Notes under the pieces: generated by a model
What the model was told of the DNA's origin: nothing
Database searches by the model: none
What the model saw: the letters and a program-made list of their open reading frames with translations, nothing else
In this document: piece by piece, positions 39,970 to 51,702 of the stretch
Layout of the letters: the number at the start of each line of letters is the position of its first letter
How positions within the stretch are numbered: the first letter of the stretch is position 1
Assembly (NCBI RefSeq): GCF_018977255.1
Contig: NW_024705346.1
Coordinates: 1-52,658, forward strand
Direction: 5' to 3'
Origin: Callorhinchus milii
Taxonomy: Eukaryota
Length of the DNA stretch: 52,658 nucleotides
Translations under genes and position numbers: made by a program

Positions 39970-41099
39970 ATTATTTTATTATGTTTTATTTTTATTATTT
40001 TATTATTCCCTTCTACGTGACTTTACCGAATGAACCAAGAATATGAATCCCTGCAGTCACGAAAGCTTTAAATCAAAAAAATGTGTCATTATAGAAAATG
40101 GATATTTGAAAGGCTTTTGAACAGACGCTTGCAGGATCGTTTATATATTTTATAACAAAGGGCTACGCAGCGTGCCACTTTTATGACATATTTTGTGAAC
40201 AGGAAGGCTTGCCAGAGAGTCTTTTGTTGCACTTTTAACTTTAGATAGAATGGAAAAGCAGTAAAAAGTGACATAATGAAATTAATTAGGATAATGTAAT
40301 TTTACAACGTGCCTAAAACGCCTCTATTAATTAAGCATACTTTCTGTAGTTGCATAATTGACGTTGCAGTAAATGTAATATTACTGGCAAGTGGTAATTA
40401 ATATTACTTACGAGCGCGTTTCGTCACGCACGTTTTTCCTCTCCAGTAAAATGCCTTACTTTGCATTCGGATAATAAGCCACTTCCAATATGCAGAGAGG
40501 CCACACAATCCAGCAAGGGATGCGGTATATTTTTAAATCGGCACTGTTGGCTAAAACGCACAAAGACTCCGTGGGGTATAGACTACTTGGCCCGTGACGT
40601 ACGAGAGTGGGAGTTGGGTAGATAATGCATCCATAGGCAAATCCCGGGGAGAGCGAGACACAATAAACACCCGGTATAAGGAATGAGTTGACCTTTACAT
40701 TGAATGCACTGCACCTGTACCGCTTGAATGGTGAAGGCTGTTTGTGGTTTGTGCAGCTGTGGTGAGCACAGCTCGCTGTAAGGGGGTTGTGCTCCATATC
40801 CACCCACCACAAGTCTATAAAACTTTTGATGAGAGACTGCATGAGTTGCCAGGAGTGAGCTTATCAGGTAAGCAATCTCGACCACAAGACGCAAAGAATG
40901 CTCCACGCTCAACGAAAGCGATGACCTCAACCGCGTTGATGACTCTCATGGATTATTTGGCAGGAAAATGGGTTCAGGATACGGCTGCTTTTCAGGAACA
41001 ACGATTGCGCTGTCTAAATCCCGCATGTTTTGTTAATTGCTGGATGCCAGGAGTGGCTGATGCAAGGGATGTTAGTGTCAAATAGCATTCTGTATTTGT

Positions 41100-41604
41100 A
41101 TAATTATCGAGCAAAGCCCTTTGTGAACATACTCTTGGTTCGAGGTCTTCCCATCATGCTGTGTCAGACACTGGGGTTCTTTGACCATGATTCACGCTGG
41201 TCAGTGTGAGTTGGTGAAGGAGGGACGTGGGGTGCGGTGTATCGAGGGAGGGGTAGTGGTGGGGGAATGCCAAGACTAGTGCACATGTCACCTGCCACCT
41301 GAGGTGTGGACTCGAGTCATGTGACTTGGACTCGAGTCAGACTCGAGTCATGAATTTGATGACTTCAGACTCGACTTGGACTTGCATAACAATGACTTTG
41401 TCCCACCTCTGAGGTGTGGACTCGAGTCATGTGACTTGGACTCGAGTCAGACTCGAGTCATGAATTTGATGACTTCAGACTCGACTTGGACTTGCATAAC
41501 AATGACTTTGTCCCACCTCTGCCTGCCACTGATATGAAGCATGGCCAGGAATTCAACTCAGGTCTCCAAGTTCAGTACACGAACTACCGAGCCACTGCTC
41601 CACC
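41100..41604 (-). mobile_element. Decayed tRNA-derived SINE interrupted by a hAT MITE dimer
   Basis: Minus-strand head GGTGGAGCAGTGGCTCGGTAG (A box) ... GAGTTGAATTCCTGGCC (B box) at ~41543-41604. Body motif CCTTCACCAACTCACACTGACCAGCGTGAATCATGGTCAA (41181-41220) is shared with 42016-42120 and 50901-50998. The 3' boundary is approximate. Confidence 0.55.
41299..41521. mobile_element. Non-autonomous hAT-type MITE present as a head-to-tail dimer (2 x 110 bp)
   Basis: Perfect 8-bp TSD CCTGCCAC (41291-41298, 41522-41529). TIRs CTGAGGTGTGGAC / GTCCCACCTCTG. Internal GACTCGAGTC and GACTTG subterminal repeats. Units 41301-41410 and 41411-41520 are identical. Confidence 0.9.
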
Positions 41605-42015
41605 CTGGCTGGTTGGAGGTCTTCATCTAGCGGTGGATTGACCATCACATTAGTGGAAGGTGCCTTACAAATACATGCAAATTATTATCATTAAAAAACA
41701 CCTCGTTTATATGGGGATCACTACTTTGTTTTGGAAATTATTATCTGCCAGCATGGCCTCATTTATGGCAAAGAGTGTTGGGAGGTGATTGTTGCCACAG
41801 GACAACGTATAGTACTTTACATGGCACTTTTTGAACTGCATTACTACACGGGAACTGAATAGAGGTTATAGCAGGCAGGCAAGCTCGACTTTTAGATGAC
41901 TATATTACCCCAACAATACACGAAACGAGAAGTAATATTTTCCCGTCTTTAAATAAGTCACCACACTGCCTCACCATTTGCAAGTAGTGATATCTGAACT
42001 GGTTCTGAACATGAC

Positions 42016-42120
42016 CCTTCACCATTGTGTGTGAACTCACCAGTGTGGTGAAGTGTGGTCAACCCCCTGCTCCCCATGAATGATACAATATGGGGAGACC
42101 TTCATTCAGCAGTGGGTTGA
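42016..42120 (+). repeat. Fragment of an old dispersed repeat (probable SINE body/3' part)
   Basis: CCTTCACCA..TGGTGAAG.(G/A)TGGTCAA..CCCC..GAGACC.TCAT.CAGCA.T.G.TTGA is shared with 50901-50998 and partly with 41181-41220 (-). Confidence 0.6.
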
Positions 42121-43599
42121 AAAATGGTCTCTAATAGATGTTTTTAAACATTCATCAGACGTGTTGAAATAGCACTGATGCAATTGTCTTTGTACAGCCG
42201 TACACTTTCTCTTATAATGAAGGTTATACAAGTCTCCCCCAAGATGCTCTGTAGAATATTTTATGCTGTAAATTGTGAAATGAAATATATAAGTACAAAA
42301 TATTTAAATGTAAAAGTAATAATCAGAAAGCCCTGAAGCCCAGGAGTATTTGCAAGCTCGCATGTAATAACGTTTAAAATGCAGGAGCAGCACATTTTCT
42401 GTTGCAACAGGAGCAGTAGAATGGATGGAACTGACCAACGTATTTTTACCTTCCTTTTTGTGCCAGACGTTAATTGCAACCAGGAGTACCTTTCTTCCTT
42501 CCTGACTCCCACATGCTGCCAGAAGTTAATTGGATGCAGCATAAGGCTTACATTAAATCCTGTCGGAGGCACGTCTGCAAGAGGCAGTTAAAACAAACTC
42601 ACTTTCATGGGGACCTTTCTGTCTTTTTTCTTCCATCCATCTCAGCTAATAATACAAATGCAAATGCGTAAGAAAATAGAGCATTGTCTGTTGAAAATAC
42701 AATGATCTGCCGCTTTTAAGTTGTACCGAGAATGTCCTCTACAAGACAACTTTCCAGTGCGTGACACACACACGTGCACACGCGTCTATGGGCGGCACAC
42801 ATGTGCACTGACACACGACTACTTCCAAATGGTGAGGCAAGGAAACTCCAGGCAGGCCGTGCTGCTAATTTTAGATCTGCTCGGTTGAAACAAAACACAG
42901 CGATTCACTAGTTGAACAGGAAGCAGAAAAAAACACATTTTAATGGTTGTTTCTTTCCACATTTGGCCACATTCATTGTGAATGAGATATATTCCTACAG
43001 ACCTGCGTTCAAAGGGAATCCATCTAAAGCTATCGCTAAATACACAAACAAAACCCCGGTAAACACAAACGCCTGCTAAATAATGCAGCCATATCACAAA
43101 ATGTTAAATCTTTTTGTTTATATTTTTAATGCTGAGAACGTGAAGTGCTAAACACCATAGTTCTTAAACTACACCACTCAAAATGGTTTTGTTGTACGAT
43201 AAAAAAATGACAATTTTATTACTTCTAAATGGCCTGTGTAAAATATAATTTGTTACAATTTGAGGTAATTTAAAAATCTAAATAAATTATTGAGCGGGGC
43301 GGGTAAGCTTTATAGATTAGTGATGTTCCTTGCTGTGAAAAAGATTGCTTCTGTACCCAGGGGCATTTTCATTGCTGTGTTTAGGTACGAGGCCATATAA
43401 GCATGTCTTCCCATTGAAGTCATCTACACCAAATGCACAAAGGTACAGTCTCTTTGAGTGGCACCTTGATTCAGATGTGTGCCAGATTTGTGAAAAAGAA
43501 CAAAGGCATATGAGAATTCCAAGAAAAGACATAATTAGCACCATTTTGAGCAAAAGTAATTGCACCGTTAAAACTACAATTCACAAATTAGTTACGTGA

Positions 43600-43837
43600 T
43601 CTGCGGTGCACGAATCTTTAGGGGATTTGCTGCAGGTTTATTCGAGGATCAGCTCCGGGTCCGATAGGCTGAGATGACCCCCAGGCAACGATTGTGTGCC
43701 TTGAAGCCAGAGACCAGCAAACTCCTAGAATCCTCTGGGTGGAATCACGAACAACGGACGAGTGCTTCATGGCCTGACAGCAGCAGGTGCTTAAACCTCC
43801 CGTGGGCCACGCGGAATAGGGAATAATGATGATTATG
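43600..43837 (+). mobile_element. Possible decayed 3' end of an RTE-like LINE
   Basis: GC-richer patch whose frame reads ..PRQRLCALKPETSKLLESSGWNHEQRTSASWPDSSRCLNLPWATRNRE* and is followed directly by a TGATGATTAT microsatellite-like tail. Weak resemblance to RTE C-termini; no TSD found. Confidence 0.25.
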
Positions 43838-46015
43838 GTACCTCTGGGTCAGATCTTCTAAGATTAACAATAATGATATATGACTACACAACAATAGCAC
43901 GTTTTAACATAAACCATCCCAGGGTTTTGTTTTGGTTACTTTTGTATTCGTCATTTAGCTAAAGTTTGTTCTTTGCGTTTGAAGTGCCTTGGTTCTCCAT
44001 CTGTCTGTGGTATAATCTGCGTTGTCTGCACATCGTCACGGGCGAACGGGTGTGTGTAAGTGCTCGTCATGTTGGCCTTTTACAACGGGGTCAAGTTACG
44101 TTCATGAAAGCTACATACTCGAGACAGATTTTTGTTTTACCGCAAGCTTGCTTCTTAAAGGCTGCTGCAAATCTATCTGCACTCCTTAGGTTTGAACGTG
44201 TTTTCAGTACTGTTAAACAAGAAGAATGAGTGAAAAGTTTCCATTTGAAGCTAACTCAACTAATTCCAAAGATGAACTTCATTTTTTTTAAACCCTTCCT
44301 ATTATCGTGAGGGTAAGTTTAATTTAAATGTTTTTTTTGTCGTCTTCTTTAAAAACTATCTCACACAAAACGAGGTGGTTGTACTAACTCAAATAATTGT
44401 ATGCTCTGAATTTTAAAAAGGGATTTAGCATAATGCCACATTATCTGGATTTGCTGTAGACACACACACAAGAAAAAAAAGAACTGCCTCAATCAACAGC
44501 AAAAGCTTTCAAACTCAATTTTGGCAGTGAGCCAGCCATTCCATAAACTGCAGCAAGGCTTCCTTCCTGAATGCTCAAGCCATTCCTAAATGTTCTATTT
44601 ATCGAACGGACACATATCTGGAATTGTATCGACTGCACTGGCCGGAAATGAATGAACTGTACCCTGAACTTGTGGATTGCCAAGTTAAAAAAATGTGGAG
44701 AAAATAACGTTTAATACCAACGCACATATTTTTTGTTGGTAGCCGTAGCATTTCTGCTGTGTTCTTAAATTACACATGTTGATGGGATTCAAAAAAAAAA
44801 GTTGACAGTTCACGTAGAAATGTGATTATAATGAATAGCCTTCCTATCATTAAATCAATGGTACATTACTGATATTCTTTTGTGTCATGCTGGCATTCCT
44901 TAATTGACATGCTGCAAGCCTTGGACTTGAAATTATTTAACATATTTGGTTTTATATTAATTTATGATGGCAACCCACTCTCCAGTTCCACAGTATATAA
45001 ATGGTTGAGACAACTTTACCAGGCATATGCAAACGTAATGTAGGTCATAGTATTGCAATTTGCTTCTGCGTTTTCTCCGGTTTCAGCATCCATAATTTTC
45101 CTACATTAATATTTACAGGCATGTTGAAATGATGTTGTTCATCCACACAGAGTCATTTTTGTTCAATATGTACAGAAATTACACGTAAAAAGGGCATGTG
45201 CTGCATATCCCCCATTGCGATCTTATTGATAATTTGTAACATGATGGTACGTGCAACAACAAAAAGAACATAATTCACCATAGCTAGTAGCAGGCTATAT
45301 AGAGATTCCGGTTACACAAATTCAGGGAAAAAACTGTCACATAAGAGCAGCCCTCTAAGCTTGAATAACGAGCGAACACATGACTGGATTTCATCATGCT
45401 TTCCAAGTGCAACTATTTCAGATTTCTGTAGCGTGATCAAGCAGTTGTGTCTCGAAGCTGTGACGGCTATTTCTAATCTGTCTGACAGCTGTAACTGCCG
45501 GTGATGCGAACAGCTGAATGTAGCCGCAACAGACTGTCGTGGTTTCTCAGCAAAAAAAAAACCGTCCCTCTGCTTTGCTTCGCCACGCTGTGAAGATGAA
45601 GGCGGTCGTTGAGTCTGAAAATAGAGGAGGATCAGAAATCAGTTAGTGTATTGAACAAAGCATGGACTTGAGTAAAAAAAAATTATACAGTGTCATGTGG
45701 CTGCGTCGAGCGTACAATTCAGGGTCATTAATTTGCACTGTACACAGTATGCATGTTATGTTTGTCGTTTGTGGCTTGTAATGTATAAACATGGCACACA
45801 TAAAAGTTGTCAACACATAAATCACGCATTTTCTTTCTTGCTATCGTTTAACGATGTTTTATCGACCCTAAAACAAATTAACATTATTCAGAATTTAAGC
45901 TGGCATCAATCTCTTATTTGTTCATTGACCGTAATTGATATTATGGGATATACTTACATTGCATTATTACGGCAGCTCGGGACAATGCTGCATTGTACTG
46001 AATGGGTTTTATTAA

Positions 46016-46278
46016 TATTCTTTGGGTATTTCGTAAAGTCACGTAGATAGGTTCAAATTAATAAAAATATAATAAACGAAAACGACGATGTTTCGATCAC
46101 AACACAAGCGATCGTCATCAGGAGGAGGATCGCTTGTCATCTGGAGGACGATCGTTTGTGTTGTGATCGAAACGTCGTAATTTTTTGTTTATTTTATTAT
46201 TTTTTGAACCTATCCACGTGACTTTACCGAAAGACCCAAATAGTATGAATTCCTGCAGTCACGAAAGCTTTAAGTCAA
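46016..46278 (+). mobile_element. Penelope-like element remnant: inverted pseudo-LTR hairpin, copy 3
   Basis: Perfect 12-bp TSD GGGTTTTATTAA (46004-46015, 46279-46290). Inverted arms ~46016-46121 and ~46147-46245. 33-nt 3' extension TGAATTCCTGCAGTCACGAAAGCTTTAAGTCAA. The arms are more diverged than in copies 1-2. Confidence 0.85.
46085..46122 (-). ncRNA. Hammerhead core motif, truncated at stem I by the inversion point
   Basis: Minus strand C-CUGAUGA-C-GAUCGC-UUGUGUU-GUGAUC-GAAA-CAUC-GU; the opposite arm retains GAAACGTC at 46169-46176. Confidence 0.65.
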
Positions 46279-48320
46279 GGGTTTTATTAAGACGCGGACA
46301 ATTTGAAACGTCTCTCAACAATTTCACAAAAGAAGCTTGGTCTATGGTCAATTATTCTGGTATTTTGCAGTGTACGTGATATTGACTTGATTGAGTGGGG
46401 CTCTGGGCTAAGAAGCCCACAGATAAATCCCACCCAGACTTTTTTTTCTTCTGAAACACATTCATGAAGGTGGTCATTAAGTTACTGGCCACACATGCTG
46501 AACGGTTTGATGTGTTATGAAGATGCAATTCTGATTATCATCTGAAAGGGTGATTTTACTTAATTCAAGGATTATACATATTTTGCAACGGTTGTTTCTC
46601 CACGTTTTCATCGATTTGTTTTGATGAATCATCTTCTCATCAAATTTCATGCATGAATTACAGCCAGTATGTTTAGCAAGATGAGTTCATGAAGAAAAAA
46701 GTTACACGTCTTTTTAATTATAATAATAACAGTTTACCGCGTTAACCCCTGGAACTATGCATTAGTTAATGAAGCAACGGCCATAGTTCAGCTACAGATG
46801 TTTTGTAACACACAGGATGTCTTTGTAATCTCTCAAGTCTGACATATCATATTAAAATTAGAATCCTCCCAAAGTGAGGGCAGCTCCTCCACTGCACCGC
46901 CGTGTGCCCTTTGCGGGTTTTCGTGGAGCATGACAGGGGCTCGGTTACTCGATACTACCAGCAACGAATAACACATAACTCAAATTCCACCCTTCGCCAG
47001 TACCAGACACATTATTCCATTTATAGACACAACATTTTGAACAAATTACATCCTTTGCGAGAAACACAATCTGAAATTCCACTACGGACAGATGCACCCC
47101 TCCTCCACCACACCCTGCCCTCTTTTTCAGGTATAGAAATTGAGCCTCCCATGCAGAGCTATGAATTTAGATGGGTAGTTTCTAATTGATAACAACGGTA
47201 TGATTTAACCAACTGAACAGCTCTCAGATCACAGAGCCTATGAACTTGGAATGGTAGTGGAAAAAGTAATTTACTGGCTTGAAGGCAATTTTCTGTGTTC
47301 ACTGTTTCCATTATATTACGTGAGATAAGGTTACCTGTAACCAATGATTGTACACATGTTATGCTGTATTAATCATGCGCATTACAGTATTCATATTGCT
47401 ACGAATGCATTTAAAACATTTTATGCAATACAGTTACTTTTTTCTCAGCTATTTATTGAATTTCTAATTTTTCAACCTTTTAATAATGGAGATAAATTTG
47501 GAAAGGCACATTGTAAACATTACAGTAGTTGTAAAATGTCTCGCATTCAAGTTATTAGGCTCATAGTGTCAACATGACAAGCAGAGGGGGGAAATCCATG
47601 CATCTTCATATGGAATGATTTGAGTAAAATAAATTCAGCTTCCCGATTATGCTCTTCAAATTTGCAGTCTTATGAAGTGTTCACACCATATGTGAATACT
47701 GTAGGTATGGATTCTCCCCTGCCCAAATTATGAACAGGTTTTAGTATTGTGTTTTTTATATTTAAATGCATTACATTTTATACCACTTTCTCTGTGTAAC
47801 AGTGGAGGTTTTATAATGGAGATTTTACATTCAGTATATGTTTATATATATAGTACTGTCTACCTATAGTGTACTTTATATATTTAAGGGTACATGTCTA
47901 CAAATGAGCATAGCAATTAAACAAATGGTTTAAATATATTTATGATATAAAGTGCACGCATTTATATCTAATGTTTCTTCATACATTTGCATGTTTCATT
48001 AAATGGATTTTGTACCACATGTTTGCAACAAAAATTTAGATCGTTATGGTCTCAAAAGGGATATTTATTGCACAAGACTAATGCATTTCAAACACAAGGG
48101 GGAAATTGCACTTTTACGAATTGAACAAAAGTGTTGATAATGATTTGAATTCCATAATAGAGTTTTTTTGGGTTAGATCGCGTAAATGTGGAGATGTGTC
48201 GTTAAAACCCACCACCACCTGACACAGCCAACTAGTAAGGGTTGTCACGTAAACAGAACATGCCAATTCTTCACTAGTACAGCACACCGGTGTGTTGGAG
48301 AGCCCAGCCACAACATTTAC

Positions 48321-48380
48321 AATCTGAATACGACGTTTCGCCAGTAATTACAACTAGCTTCATCAGATGACAGCCAGATT
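48321..48380 (-). ncRNA. Solo type-I hammerhead ribozyme motif of PLE type
   Basis: Minus strand AAUCUG-GCUGUCAU-CUGAUGA-A-GCUAGU-UGUAAUU-ACUGGC-GAAA-CGUC-GUAUU-CAGAUU. Perfect cores, 6-bp stem II with a 7-nt loop, ACGU palindrome, distal stem I AAUCUG/CAGAUU; the proximal stem I is weak. Confidence 0.7.
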
Positions 48381-48963
48381 TTGTGAAGTCCACCTGTTTC
48401 GTCCCTTATGATATTGGTCGCGAAAGCCTACGTGTTAAAGTGATTTAAATTGTTGTTTGTTGAGATATGCTGGTGGAATAGAGAAAAAGTGCAGCCCTGC
48501 AATTTCGTACTCACGTCAATGCTCGTGGAAAGATGTGCACTAGAGGGAGTGCTCGGGACCCCCCCCCCCTTTTGTCATTCGCAAAAGTAGGCCAATGTTT
48601 GCCGACGTCAGGGTTCCACATTTGAGAATTCAAAAAAAAACCTCCATCAAATGACTCGATCGCGATTAAACATCGAAATAATTCCCCTCCCCCTACTATC
48701 AGACGAATGCCCATGGTCATTCTTGCAAATTAGACAATGCTTGTCCCTTAAGCTTGAAACTTGAACCTCACCAGCCGATTAACTAACATTGATGTAATAT
48801 TCAATTATACTTTGAACAATATATTTTTTTAATTATAGCAGGTGGCCCACTGAGCTGTATAGCCCTTTTTCAGAAGCGACCTGGCCACAAATGATAGCTC
48901 AACGAAGTGGCTTATCATGTGTAAATCTATAGCAGCCAAATACTATAAATGCGTGCTACTAAA

Positions 48964-49116
48964 TGTGGAGGGAAATTCCTGGAGGACCTGGATATAAATC
49001 CACGTGACCACGGGGAGAGAGACATGCAAACTTTAAATATACAGGTGTCAGGGTCGGGATCAAACCCATGACCACCTGCAAATCAGACGAGGGAGTTAAC
49101 ATTTTGCCACCGTGGC
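48964..49116 (-). mobile_element. Decayed V-SINE-like element (tRNA head + V-domain-like segment)
   Basis: Plus strand TGTGGAGGGAAA..CTGGAGGACCTGGA..AAATCCACG..ACCACGGGGAGA..ACATGCAAACT..GTCGGGATCAAACCC..GCCACCGTG resembles the reverse complement of V-SINE (HE1/DANA-like) elements, from recall. It probably extends to ~48825. Confidence 0.65.
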
Positions 49117-50900
49117 AGTGAATGAACAGGGCAGGGATTTGTGAAAGTTACCTCTTGTTTGAACTGCTGGGCCAGGAGATCAAACCAGAATGCAAGTCCA
49201 GTGTGATAATGCATTATCTTACCATTGCAGCATGGGAATATTATTCCTGGTGGGAGAGATGCTGCCTTAAAATAATGCATCTACATGTAGAAACATTTTG
49301 CCAAGAGATGAAATTAAATTTTAATAACAGGCTTCTGCAGAAATAAATAAGCTATGCACAACTATTATCTTAAATCATAGGATTTTTGAACATTGAAGCA
49401 TCATTTGTGAGTACATAATTGCACTTGTTCACCTTTTTATGGTGTCGTGAGCTGTGGCTGGGTGTGCTTGAGAAGCATTTTGCATTCCTATTATCATCTC
49501 CACGTAATCGAAGGAACAAAATGATTATGTAAAATATGAGAGAGAGAGAAAATTACAAAACATTTATATATTTTTAGTGACCCTGTAACTTTCCACTCAC
49601 AAAAAAGTTAATCGGTTCAATTCCACAATTTATTATCATGCCAGTTCTCCCTGACATCACGACAATGACCGAACAGCACAACTATTTTTGTAATCGTTTA
49701 TGCCACATGTAATTATTAACACAAATAGTCCACGCATTCATTGGTGATAGCTCACTGTTAATGTCCAGAGGCCGGTGTGAGTTTGGCATGGTATTAGTTG
49801 AGGAGGTTCGTCATGGTCAGTTCTAAGGTTACAACCAAGAGCATAAAGGATATTTGTTCAGTGGAGATATAAATACAAATACTGCTTCTGGTAAGACAAC
49901 CGCGCCATCCACCTGACCCTCTCCCCCCACTATGCTTGAACTTGTAACTTGTACCCTGTCTCCATTCACTAGTCATTTCCGGTTGCACCTCATAACCCAT
50001 CCTTCCTTATCATCCCTCCCTCTACCTTCCCCTGTCTATGAGAGGGTGATCGGGAAAGATACTGGACAGAGTATGCAGAAGTGTTACCAAGCTGTCACAT
50101 TAAGACCTGGGCCTGCGCTTTGTTTTTGTGCTAACACTTGGGAGGTCTACAATACAGCTGCCAAGTGCCCTAAAATTCGGTCCTGTCTCCCCTGGGTCTC
50201 CACTTAAAAAAAAACCTGACTGTGACCCTGGCATGTGTCTCTTCATTTCACTGCCATGCCCCCCCACCCTCCCACGCTCCTTTTCCCCAAATACTGTCAA
50301 TGCCCTTGCACATTTGTTCTGAATTTGCAAGTCAGCCAATGATGCGTTGTTATCTAATCTTGATGAATGTAACGCTAGGCTGGTCAGATTTATTATTTCC
50401 TATTTCAATAGTCACCATTGTGCTACATTATAAATTATTATTTACTGTCCTACCGCCGCACCTCCGATTAGCATGGTTGGCTACGTACGGTGTAAAAGCA
50501 GTTCAACATACATACATGCATTATTTACACATTATATTGAATTGTTCATTCCTTTAGTTTATATTTTACGTTGACTGATTTTAGATATCAAAACTAGTTT
50601 TGAGAGACTCACTACACATCTGGTCCCAATGTAACATATTCATATTCCTCGATTTATCTTACTTTTTTGAGAGGTAATGAGACACATTTCCAATAACCTC
50701 ACAACCCAGAATGCTCCTGATCTCACAAGATCTTAGCAGATAAGCAGGGTTCAGCCTGAAAAGTGCTTTGATGGGTGATCAAAGTGTATTCACACGTTAT
50801 TATAGGCTGTGGGGCTACGTGGTGAATAGCATCGGGCATTGAAGTAAAAACTTTACCATTATAGTACAATTATAAAATGTTCCCACACCTATGCTCCCCG

Positions 50901-50998
50901 CCTTCACCAACGTGCACTGCCCTGGCATGGTGAAGCATGGTCAAATCACCCCCACTGCTCACAAATTGTGGAGAGACCATCATCCAGCAATAGATTGA
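50901..50998 (+). repeat. Fragment of an old dispersed repeat (same family as 42016-42120)
   Basis: Collinear by-eye similarity to 42016-42120, including the CTTCACCA/TGGTGAAG hairpin. Confidence 0.6.
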
Positions 50999-51688
50999 CA
51001 AGGGAGAGTGTACATGGAGACAATGATAAAAGCGTTGTGATTTTTTTACAAAAATCTAATTATTATTTTTGTTTGTAGCCCCTGAAAATAAACATCTACG
51101 ACGTCAACTAAAAATCTGAGTGAAGCAGATGCATTTCAAACAAGGCATTGTGAAGCTTTCTGGAAGTATATGTTCATATTTGTGATATTTTTTTATTGTA
51201 CATTCAATGTGAATAATAAATATACATGAAGCAAATGAAGTAGTTACCCAGCTGAGATATAGACAATATGAGGTTAACAATGGTGGCGCCTCTGTCTGAA
51301 ATCTGTCATTTTTTGTATTCTTTGACAAATCGCTGCCCCTTGTCCTGATACGATGCCACCAACGCAGTTTCATGTCACTGGAGATTTTCATGCCTTATAA
51401 ATCAACTGGCATGGCTTGCTGAAGTCCAGATGGTCCAAGCAGAATAATTGACAAAGCCACCGGGATTGCCTGAAGTGCATCAGAGCAAGAATATGACAAA
51501 TACCTTTTGCAGTGAAGCAGAGAAATCTACAGATGTCGGAGAATGAGAAAAAAAACCCTCCTTTGTAAAAATGCTATATTCATCTGCTGTAGGGGCTGGT
51601 GGCATGTATATTGTCAAGTACCTCGAAAGGTTGCCGTTACAATGTCACAGACAACAAACCTGTTGAAACGCTTTCGTACCGAGAGACA

Positions 51689-51702
51689 CCGCTAGAGGGC
51701 AG
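51689..51702 (+). promoter_or_regulatory. Candidate CTCF binding site
   Basis: CCGCTAGAGGGCAG fits the CTCF core consensus CCRSYAGRKGGCRS. Motif match only. Confidence 0.4.

Larger units (their letters stand above)
39525..40074 (+). mobile_element. Penelope-like element remnant: inverted pseudo-LTR hairpin, copy 2
   Basis: The left arm 39525-39715 is inverted relative to 39729-40041, which carries an internal triplication. Same ACGTGACTTTACCGAA..TGAATCCCTGCAGTCACGAAAGCTTTAAATC 3' end as copy 1. Flanking direct repeat ATCAAAAAA(A)TGTG(G/T)CAT at 39507-39523 and 40072-40089. Confidence 0.85.

Noticed and set aside
39452..40046. ORFs with repeated peptides (CCFIQTLSPRQTW etc.) on both strands
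   Set aside because: By-products of the palindrome and the 64-bp tandem repeat; the period is not a multiple of 3.
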